A stretch of DNA of 64,000 nucleotides, taken from NCBI GenBank assembly GCA_043810925.1, contig JBDRNT010000094.1, positions 14,113 to 78,112 of the forward strand, written 5' to 3'. The notes below the pieces were generated by a model. It made no database searches and was not told the DNA's origin. It saw only the letters and a program-made list of their open reading frames with translations. The stretch comes from Candidatus Eiseniibacteriota bacterium (lineage in GTDB: Bacteria; Arandabacterota; Arandabacteria; Arandabacterales; Arandabacteraceae). Position 1 is the first letter of the stretch. Each line of letters begins with the position of its first letter. Below are positions 56,967 through 64,000 of this stretch, piece by piece. The position numbers and the translations under genes were made by a program.

Positions 56967-58382
56967 TTGAGGGAAAAGAAGAGTGCCGCACTGGCGTCCG
57001 CGCTCGTCGCCTTGAGTGACGCCATCCTCGTTCTTGCCAGTTTTGCGCTGGCATTCTGGATCCGGTTCTATTCGGATCTGATACCGCTGTTTTACGGGCA
57101 AATCCCGGCTCTTTCAACCTACGTCCCGGGGATGGTGTTTGCCTGTCTGGTTACGCTCGGGGCGTTCAGATTCCTCGGGCTTTACAGGATGCCGAGGGCC
57201 GATTCATTTGCATCCGAGATGATCAAACTGCTAAAGGCCATGACCGGTGCATCCTTGATAGCGATGGCCACCACCTTTCTTTATAGAGGTGTCGATTATT
57301 CGAGACTGGTCTTTGTGCTGGCGTGGGCGATCGGGATCCTTGTGATCTGGCTCGAGCGCTATGCCTTACGAGAGATCCAGGCGTGGGCCTTCTCGCGCGG
57401 TCATCTGACCAAGAACGTTGCGATCGTGGGCACAGGCCCGATGCTGCCCACCGTCGTAGACCGTATCGAATCCAGACCGGGTCTGGGGTTGGTGATAAAG
57501 GGCTACATCGGTGAGGGCGAAACTCCGACCGGCATAGCGTATCTCGGCCCTATCGAGGAGACGGGCAGGTTGATCCGGCAATTGGGGCTCGATGTTGTTA
57601 TCGTGGCGCTGCCTTTCTCGGAGCATGAGCGTCTGCTCGAGGTGCTTCGTCAGACCGACGGTCTGCGCGTGGAAATACGATTTGTGCCGGATCTCTTCGG
57701 ACTTATAACGACGAGAACCGAAGTCCATGATCTCGACGGCATTCCCCTCATCGGTCTTAAACCGTTTCCCCTCGATCCCTGGGGCAGGTTTTTCAAGCGG
57801 CTGCTGGACATGTTCCTGTCGGCTGTGTTCCTTGTGATTTTCAGCCCGGTCGTTTCGGTTGTCTCTCTGGCCGTTGTGCTCGAGTCCCGTGGTGGGGTCT
57901 TTTACAGGCAGGAACGGATCGGCAGGGACGGCCGGCGCTTTACGATGTACAAGTTCCGGTCAATGAGGGCGGATGCCGAGAAGGATGGGCCGGTGTGGGG
58001 TAAGGGCGTGGATGATCCACGAAGTACGCGTGTGGGCTGGATCCTGAGACGAACGGGACTTGATGAGATACCACAACTGTACAATGTCCTGAGGGGAGAA
58101 ATGAGCCTCATCGGGCCGAGACCTGAGCGGCCGTGTTTTGTCAGTGAGTTCGCCGGCTCGATCCCCGGGTATCTGGACAGGCATCGTGTCAAGTCGGGTG
58201 TGACGGGATGGGCGCAGGTCAATGGGCTGCGCGGCGACACATCCGTAGAGGAACGCACCGAGTATGACATCTACTATGTTGAGAACTGGTCGCTGGGCCT
58301 TGATTTCAGAATCATGCTCATGACCATCAGGTATGTTCTTACGCAGGGAACAGGGCCCGTGAGCCAGGAAATGGAGACTTAG
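56967..58382 (+). CDS. Undecaprenyl-phosphate glucose phosphotransferase (WcaJ/CpsE-type priming transferase)
   Basis: KRLLD, YKFRSM, LDEIPQL.NVL.GEMSLIGPRPE, GVTGWAQVNG; start chosen downstream of the promoter. Confidence 0.9.
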   Translation: MREKKSAALASALVALSDAILVLASFALAFWIRFYSDLIPLFYGQIPALSTYVPGMVFACLVTLGAFRFLGLYRMPRADSFASEMIKLLKAMTGASLIAMATTFLYRGVDYSRLVFVLAWAIGILVIWLERYALREIQAWAFSRGHLTKNVAIVGTGPMLPTVVDRIESRPGLGLVIKGYIGEGETPTGIAYLGPIEETGRLIRQLGLDVVIVALPFSEHERLLEVLRQTDGLRVEIRFVPDLFGLITTRTEVHDLDGIPLIGLKPFPLDPWGRFFKRLLDMFLSAVFLVIFSPVVSVVSLAVVLESRGGVFYRQERIGRDGRRFTMYKFRSMRADAEKDGPVWGKGVDDPRSTRVGWILRRTGLDEIPQLYNVLRGEMSLIGPRPERPCFVSEFAGSIPGYLDRHRVKSGVTGWAQVNGLRGDTSVEERTEYDIYYVENWSLGLDFRIMLMTIRYVLTQGTGPVSQEMET

Positions 58383-58383
58383 T

Positions 58384-58770
58384 ATGAAGAATTTTCTGAT
58401 GATCATATTCAGCGTCATTCTGGGTGTGGCCGGTCAGCTCTCACTCAAGCATGGGGTTGGAATAGCCTCGGGCGAAACGTCATCCAGGATAGCCCAGTCG
58501 CTGGACGTCAGGTCGATCTTCACGTTCCTGCAGAGCGCCGTGGCCAACAAGTTTGTCCTCGCGGGCTTCCTGTGTTATCTCATCAGTGCCGCCAGCTGGC
58601 TGATTATTCTGTCGAGAGTCGACCTGAGCTATGCCTACCCGCTGATAAGCATCGGCTACATACTCATCGTCGTGCTTTCGAAGTACATCTTTGATGAACC
58701 TGTTACGGGTATGCGAATTGCAGGCACACTCCTTGTCTGCTCGGGTGTGTTTCTGCTTCTGAGGTCATGA
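58384..58770 (+). CDS. Small EamA/SMR (ArnE/ArnF-like) membrane protein
   Basis: GQLSLKHG, LSRVDLSYAYP, four TM helices. Confidence 0.75.
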   Translation: MKNFLMIIFSVILGVAGQLSLKHGVGIASGETSSRIAQSLDVRSIFTFLQSAVANKFVLAGFLCYLISAASWLIILSRVDLSYAYPLISIGYILIVVLSKYIFDEPVTGMRIAGTLLVCSGVFLLLRS

Positions 58771-59405
58771 GTATGCAAAGACCGGTGTTGATAGGCGTTG
58801 CAGGAGGTACCGGGTCGGGCAAGACCACGGTGGCCACGATAATCAAGTCGCGTTTCGAGGGTGAGAGCGTCAGAATCATGCACCACGATTCCTACTACCA
58901 GGACCGGAGCGAACTGCCGATGGAGGAGCGGGAGAAGATCAACTACGATCACCCGTCCGCTTTCGAGAACGTCCTTTTGGCGGAGCATCTCAGGGAGCTG
59001 ATGGACAGGCGTGCCGTTGAGATGCCTGTATATGATTACTCGAGCCATACGAGGCTTGCGAAAACCGTGAACGTTCAGCCCGTGGAGATAATCCTGCTTG
59101 AAGGCATTCTGGTGCTTGCAGATGAACTCCTGAGGTCGCTGATGAGTATAAAGATCTATATCCAGGCCGACTCGGACGAGCGATTCATAAGGAGGCTCCT
59201 CAGGGACATGAAGGAGCGCGGGAGGGACGCGGACTCAGTGATCGAGCAGTATGTCGATACGGTCAGACCGATGCACTTGCAGTTCGTCGAGCCGACTAAA
59301 CGGTATGCCGACATCATAATCCCGGAAGGCGGCCACAACGCAGTGGCCATGGACCTTCTGATCACAAAGATAAGGGACATCCTGAGGAACAGCGGCAATG
59401 GATAA
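58767..59405 (+). CDS. udk: Uridine kinase
   Basis: GVAGGTGSGKTT, DSYY, NYDHP, LEGIL, RRLLRD..ERGR. Confidence 0.93.
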   Translation: MSMQRPVLIGVAGGTGSGKTTVATIIKSRFEGESVRIMHHDSYYQDRSELPMEEREKINYDHPSAFENVLLAEHLRELMDRRAVEMPVYDYSSHTRLAKTVNVQPVEIILLEGILVLADELLRSLMSIKIYIQADSDERFIRRLLRDMKERGRDADSVIEQYVDTVRPMHLQFVEPTKRYADIIIPEGGHNAVAMDLLITKIRDILRNSGNG

Positions 59406-60291
59406 GCTCGTGCTCTACATAGCATGCATGCGGCCGATGCAGTGGACCAAGAACCTCGTTCTGATGGCCGCGCTGTTGTTCTCAAGGAACATCTTCAGGT
59501 TTCAGTTGACTGTGAGGAGTATCGAGGCGCTGGGGATTTTCTGCCTGCTCTCGGGTTCGATCTATATCTTCAACGACCTGGTCGACTTCGAGCGGGACAG
59601 AGCCCATCCGGTAAAGCGTAATCGTCCGATAGCAAGCGGCCGGGTTTCGAAGCGCGGGGCGTTCCTGCTCGGTGTTCTTGCTGCCGCGGTCGGGCTCGTG
59701 CTGGCTTCCTTCCTGAATCGGGGTTTCCTTGTGGTGAGCCTGGTCTATGTCGGGATCATTATCTTCTATTCCCTCGGGCTTAAGCACATGGTTGTGCTCG
59801 ATGTGCTGATCATCTCAGTGGGATTCGTCCTGAGAGCGATGGCAGGAGTCGAGGCACTCAAGGACCTCGATCCCGGTGTGATCATGTCGCCCTGGCTCCT
59901 CGTATGTACACTCTTTCTCGCGCTCTTTCTGGGCTTCAACAAACGAAGGCATGAGATCCATCTGCTTGCCGGTGATGCCGGGAGTCACAGGAAGAGTCTG
60001 GAGGATTATTCCAAGGAGTTTCTCGATGCAATGATCGCAGTCGTGACAGCTGCGACTGTGATCGCGTATGCCATCTACACGATCTGGCCCGCGACCGTCG
60101 ACAAGTTCCATACGGAGCGCTTGATCTACACGGTTCCGTTTGTGGTTTTCGGACTCTTCAGATACATGTACCTGGTGATAGTGAAGAACCGGGGTGGGAG
60201 CCCTTCCGACGTGCTTGTCTCGGATCTCCCGCTCGTCATCGACATAGTCCTCTGGGTGTTTGTGGCCGGGCTGATACTCTACACATCGTGA
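59398..60291 (+). CDS. UbiA-family polyprenyl-phosphate phosphoribosyltransferase (DPPR synthase-like)
   Basis: RP.QWTKN, YIFNDLVD...DRAHPVKRNRPIASG, GFVLRA.AG, KRRHE. Confidence 0.85.
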   Translation: MDKLVLYIACMRPMQWTKNLVLMAALLFSRNIFRFQLTVRSIEALGIFCLLSGSIYIFNDLVDFERDRAHPVKRNRPIASGRVSKRGAFLLGVLAAAVGLVLASFLNRGFLVVSLVYVGIIIFYSLGLKHMVVLDVLIISVGFVLRAMAGVEALKDLDPGVIMSPWLLVCTLFLALFLGFNKRRHEIHLLAGDAGSHRKSLEDYSKEFLDAMIAVVTAATVIAYAIYTIWPATVDKFHTERLIYTVPFVVFGLFRYMYLVIVKNRGGSPSDVLVSDLPLVIDIVLWVFVAGLILYTS

Positions 60292-60307
60292 CCCGGGGTG
60301 GTATGTT

Positions 60308-61177
60308 TTGGAGTCGCTGAGAGTCCATTGCAACGCCAAGGTTAATCTCTATCTGAGAATCCTCGGCAAGCGAGACGACGGCTACCACGACATCGAAACC
60401 GTTTACCATTCTATCTCGCTTCATGACACGCTGACCCTGAAGCGGGCCGATTCCGGCTTCTCCATCTCTTCAGATCACCCGGATGTGCCGCTTGACATGA
60501 GCAATCTTGCCCTCAAGGCGGCGGCCAGGGTGCTTGAGGGGTCCTCGCACGGTGTGAGCCTTACACTTGAGAAGAGGATCCCAATAGGTGCCGGGCTTGG
60601 TGGAGGCAGTGCCGATGCGGCCGGAGCGCTTGTGGGAACCGACCGGCTGTTCGAGACGGACTGTTCCCGTGAGGAACTCGAGGCGATGGCCGAAGAACTC
60701 GGCCAGGACGTCAAGTTCATGCTCCGGGGGGGCTGTGCACAGGGGAAGGGCAGGGGGGATGAGCTCAGTCCGCTCCCGTGTCTTCCCGCTCTCTCGCTTG
60801 TCCTTGTAATACCTCCGGTTACGGTGCAAACCGGGTGGGCATATGATTCATTTAAAACGGGGTTGACAAGAGAGGGTACTGACCTTACTATGATAGCGAG
60901 CGCTCTCGAAAAAGGAGATGTGACCTCCCTATGTAAGCTCCTTCACAATGACTTCGAGAGCCTGATTTTTGACAGGTTTCCCTTTTTGAGGGAGGTCAAA
61001 CAGGAGCTGCTCAGATCTGGGGCGGAGGGGGTATTGATGTCGGGTTCTGGGCCGGTGATATACGGGATATACGCGAAAGCAGGTGATGCTGAGCTCTTTA
61101 AGGAGCGATTTGGTAGTAGCGGCTTGATCACAGTGATAACAGAGTTTGCCGGGCGGGGCGTGACGGACCCCATGTGA
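60308..61177 (+). CDS. ispE: 4-diphosphocytidyl-2-C-methyl-D-erythritol kinase
   Basis: AKVNLYL, DGYH, KRIPIGAGLGGGSADAA, NDFE, MSGSG. Confidence 0.95.
   Translation: MESLRVHCNAKVNLYLRILGKRDDGYHDIETVYHSISLHDTLTLKRADSGFSISSDHPDVPLDMSNLALKAAARVLEGSSHGVSLTLEKRIPIGAGLGGGSADAAGALVGTDRLFETDCSREELEAMAEELGQDVKFMLRGGCAQGKGRGDELSPLPCLPALSLVLVIPPVTVQTGWAYDSFKTGLTREGTDLTMIASALEKGDVTSLCKLLHNDFESLIFDRFPFLREVKQELLRSGAEGVLMSGSGPVIYGIYAKAGDAELFKERFGSSGLITVITEFAGRGVTDPM
60863..60891 (+). promoter_or_regulatory. Internal promoter within ispE
   Basis: TTGACA-17 bp-TACTAT in a locally AT-rich patch. Confidence 0.55.
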
Positions 61178-61248
61178 AGGTGTTGCTCGGCGGAGCACCA
61201 GTGCCGCTGAAGCTGTGGAGCTGAACACCAGTCGGGTGGGAGGACGAT

Positions 61249-61815
61249 ATGCTGATCACTTCAGTAAGGGTCACGCCTATAGAAAGAGAGAAGGTACTGG
61301 CCGTGGTTACGATCACGCTATCCGACTGTTTCGTCCTGCGGGCGATGAGGTTGATGCAGGGCCGGAGCCGGGACTACGTAGCGATGCCGGTCAGGCAGAC
61401 AGGCCAGGGTGGCGTGTTTGAGGTTTTTCACCCGATAAACAGACAGGCGCGGGATGTACTTGAGCAGGTGGTGACCAGGGGTTACGCAAACAGGACTGCA
61501 GATCGGGACGCGGACGTGGACATGCCGGTCCGTATCGGTTCAGAGTCACCGGATTTCGTCATAACCGGAGTCCGCGTAAAGACCTTCGAAGAGCAGAAGC
61601 TCAGAGGTTTCGCATCAATGGTGATTGACGATTGTCTTGCCGTGAACGGTATTAAGATAATCGCCGGCAAACAGAGAAGGTTTGTACAGATGCCCAATGT
61701 CAGGAGGAAGAGCGGCAAGTTCAGAGACCTGGCATTCCCAATCAAACCGGAGATCAGGCAGCTGATTGAGGAAACCGTGTTTAGGGCCTACGAAGAATCT
61801 CTCGGGGAGGATTGA
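61249..61815 (+). CDS. spoVG: SpoVG-family protein with two tandem SpoVG domains
   Basis: Two copies of ITxVRV...D.C....I/R....G....VxMP.R...G.F....PI. Confidence 0.8.
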   Translation: MLITSVRVTPIEREKVLAVVTITLSDCFVLRAMRLMQGRSRDYVAMPVRQTGQGGVFEVFHPINRQARDVLEQVVTRGYANRTADRDADVDMPVRIGSESPDFVITGVRVKTFEEQKLRGFASMVIDDCLAVNGIKIIAGKQRRFVQMPNVRRKSGKFRDLAFPIKPEIRQLIEETVFRAYEESLGED

Positions 61816-61842
61816 GATTGGGCACGGATCAGCAGATTCTGT

Positions 61843-61916
61843 TGGGGCGTCGTCAAGTGGTAAGACACAGGGCTTTGGACCCTGCATCGGAGGTTCGAGT
61901 CCTCCCGCCCCAGCCA
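61843..61916 (+). tRNA. tRNA-Gln(TTG)
   Basis: TGGGGCG/CGCCCCA acceptor stem; anticodon arm CAGGG-CT-TTG-GA-CCCTG; CCA. Confidence 0.95.
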
Positions 61917-61960
61917 CGTGATGTTCATCGTGTTCTTCACAGAGGAGGAACGGAGACGCC

Positions 61961-62884
61961 ATGAGAGTATTCGCTGGCAGGGCCAATGCGACTCTTGCTG
62001 AGGAGATCGCCGATTATCTGGGAACGGATCTCGGGGATTGTGAGATAGAGCAGTTCTCCGATGGGGAGCTGTTCGCTAAGTACAATGAAAACGTAAGAGG
62101 CGTCGACGTTTTCATCGTTCAATCGACCTTCCCGCCGGCCGAGAATCTCATGGAGCTGCTGATACTCATCGATGCCGCACTGAGGGCATCGGCCCTCAGA
62201 ATCACCGCCGTCATGCCTTACTTCGGTTATGCGCGGCAGGACAGAAAAGACCAGCCGAGGGTTCCGATCACCGCGAAGCTGGTTGCTAACATGATAACAA
62301 AAGCGGGGGCGGACAGGATCCTGACCATGGACCTTCACGCTGGTCAGATTCAGGGGTTCTTCGATATCCCTGTCGACCACCTGTTTGCATCCCCGGTGCT
62401 GATAGACTATTTCAAGAGCCTTGGTGCTGAGGATGTCACAGTCGTGGCGCCTGATATCGGGAGCGTCAGAATGGCGCGGGCGTTTGCGAAGCGGCTGAAG
62501 GCTCCGTTCGCCTTGATCGACAAGAGACGGCCCAAGCCGAATGTCTCGGAGGTAATGAATGTCATCGGTGATGTTGAAGGCAGAAACGTCATCATCATCG
62601 ACGATCTGATAGATACCGGTGGAACGATCGTAAATACCGCGGATGCGCTTGCCAGGAAGGGAGCAAAGGACATCTATGTTGGTGTCACGCACGGTGTGTT
62701 ATCCGGGTCCGCACTGGAGAGGATCGCAGAATCGCCGGTAAGGGAGATGGCTATAACCAACACGGTTCCTCTTGACGGCAGAGGTCCCGTCGACAAGATT
62801 AAGGTACTCTCGGTCGCCGGACTATTGGGCGAGGCCATACGCAGGATCAATGTTGGTGAGTCAGTCAGTTCACTCTTCATCTGA
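61961..62884 (+). CDS. prs: Ribose-phosphate pyrophosphokinase
   Basis: FSDGE, PYFGYARQDRK, DLHAGQIQGFF, DDLIDTGGT. Confidence 0.97.
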   Translation: MRVFAGRANATLAEEIADYLGTDLGDCEIEQFSDGELFAKYNENVRGVDVFIVQSTFPPAENLMELLILIDAALRASALRITAVMPYFGYARQDRKDQPRVPITAKLVANMITKAGADRILTMDLHAGQIQGFFDIPVDHLFASPVLIDYFKSLGAEDVTVVAPDIGSVRMARAFAKRLKAPFALIDKRRPKPNVSEVMNVIGDVEGRNVIIIDDLIDTGGTIVNTADALARKGAKDIYVGVTHGVLSGSALERIAESPVREMAITNTVPLDGRGPVDKIKVLSVAGLLGEAIRRINVGESVSSLFI

Positions 62885-62900
62885 GGTGGGGTAGTAGACA

Positions 62901-63584
62901 ATGGCAACAGTGGAACTCAAAGCTAAGACCAGGGAAACCAGTGGCAAGGGAAGTGCAAGGAAGGCAAGGGCGGCAGGCCTTGTGCCGGCTGTGATCTACG
63001 GTGAGGGCGAGAAGCCGCAAGCGCTCGTTATCGGCTCCAAGGACTTCAACTCGGTGATCCATACGACCGCACGGGACAACGTGATACTGGACCTGAAGGT
63101 CGAAGGAGCGAAGCAGGGCGAGTACAAGGCGATTATAAGGGAGATACAGATTCATCCGGTCAGGAGAGAAGTCCTTCACGTCGACTTCCAGCACATATCC
63201 ATGACAAAGGAGATCACGGTCAACGTACCGATCAAGATCGTCGGGGAATCTGTAGGTGTAAAGACCAATGACGGCATTCTCGAGCTGATCCTGAGGGAAG
63301 TGGAGGTCGAGTGTCTGCCGGCCGACATACCCGATGGAATCGAGATGGATGTCACGGAGCTGGACATCGGCAATTCGCTCCAGGTCAAGGATCTCCATGT
63401 CGAGAACGCCAGAATCGTAAGCGACATGGACTCCACGGTGGTCACTATCGGTGCTCCTGCCGTAGTCGAAGAGCCCAAGGCCGCGGCGGTGGTGGAGGGT
63501 GAGGAAGAGAAACCGGCCGTAGTGGGTGCGGAGGAGAAGAAAGAGGAAGGGCCCGAAACCAAAGACGAGAAGTCGGAGAAGTAG
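62901..63584 (+). CDS. rplY: 50S ribosomal protein L25/general stress protein Ctc
   Basis: GKGSARKAR..GLVPAVIYG, QIHPV...LHVDF, acidic tail. Confidence 0.95.
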   Translation: MATVELKAKTRETSGKGSARKARAAGLVPAVIYGEGEKPQALVIGSKDFNSVIHTTARDNVILDLKVEGAKQGEYKAIIREIQIHPVRREVLHVDFQHISMTKEITVNVPIKIVGESVGVKTNDGILELILREVEVECLPADIPDGIEMDVTELDIGNSLQVKDLHVENARIVSDMDSTVVTIGAPAVVEEPKAAAVVEGEEEKPAVVGAEEKKEEGPETKDEKSEK

Positions 63585-63587
63585 AGT

Positions 63588-64000
63588 TTGCTGGTTGTGT
63601 TCGGTCTCGGGAACCCGGGCGACCGATATAGACAGTCAAGACATAATCTTGGCAAGGACGTGGTTTCAGCTCTTGCTCAGGAGCTCGGCCTTGCAGTGAA
63701 CGCGGGAGCGGGTGAGTTCTTTTATTCCAGGGATCCCTCAAGAGACCTTTGTCTTGTGATCCCGACAACCTACGTGAATACAAGCGGTGTGAGTGCGTAC
63801 CAGGCAATGGAGGCCTTCGGTGCCTATCCGGAGGACTTCCTTGTAGTCTGCGACGACTTCAGCCTCCCACTTGGGGCAATCAGGATAAGGAAGAGCGGCA
63901 GCGGTGGCGGTCACAATGGACTTGCATCGATCATCTATCAGCTGGCCACGCTGGACTTCCCGAGGCTCAGGCTCGGTGTCGGGCCGCTGCCTCCCGGGGT
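63588..64000 (+). CDS. pth: Peptidyl-tRNA hydrolase (partial, runs off the window; absent from the ORF track)
   Basis: TTG 63588 gives MLVVFGLGNPGDRYRQSRHNLG...PTTYVN.SG...DD...GGHNGL.SI. Confidence 0.93.
   Translation, partial: MLVVFGLGNPGDRYRQSRHNLGKDVVSALAQELGLAVNAGAGEFFYSRDPSRDLCLVIPTTYVNTSGVSAYQAMEAFGAYPEDFLVVCDDFSLPLGAIRIRKSGSGGGHNGLASIIYQLATLDFPRLRLGVGPLPPG

Noticed and set aside
59398..60291. UbiA-family gene as the missing DGGGP synthase of the ether-lipid pathway
   Set aside because: Its motifs (QWTKN, DRAHPVKRNRPIASG, KRRHE) fit the phosphoribosyltransferase (DPPR) subfamily, and it lies 21 kb away in a glycan operon. A phylogeny would be needed to exclude it formally.

Overview
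GC-rich bacterial chromosomal window, almost all coding and mostly on the + strand. Two secreted proteins with FlgD-Ig/T9SS-like C-terminal domains, a group II GGGP synthase and a four-subunit 2-oxoacid:ferredoxin oxidoreductase suggest an anaerobic member of the FCB superphylum or a related candidate phylum (inference). Core blocks: NAD salvage (pncA-pncB)-galT-pcm-eRF1-like gene; lysC; TPR lipoproteins; tRNA-Ser x4, tRNA-Arg, tRNA-Ala, tadA, a large Alu-containing SRP RNA and dnaX-ybaB-recR; porCDAB; pgpA-cinA-thpR-recA-recX-alaS; a surface-polysaccharide locus interrupted by an accessory region (about 45.5-56.9 kb); and ispE-spoVG-tRNA-Gln-prs-rplY-pth. The most notable element is a tightly coupled ferredoxin + archaeal-type geranylgeranyl reductase + geranylgeranylglyceryl-phosphate synthase cassette (35.9-38.1 kb). 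It points to synthesis of saturated archaeal-type isoprenoid ether lipids in a bacterium. Also notable: an eRF1/Vms1-like release-factor homologue, a diheme cytochrome c-rhodanese fusion, a tandem double-SpoVG protein and a family of GGGGTCAGAGCT palindromic repeats. All product calls come from motif recognition by eye; no database searches were run.
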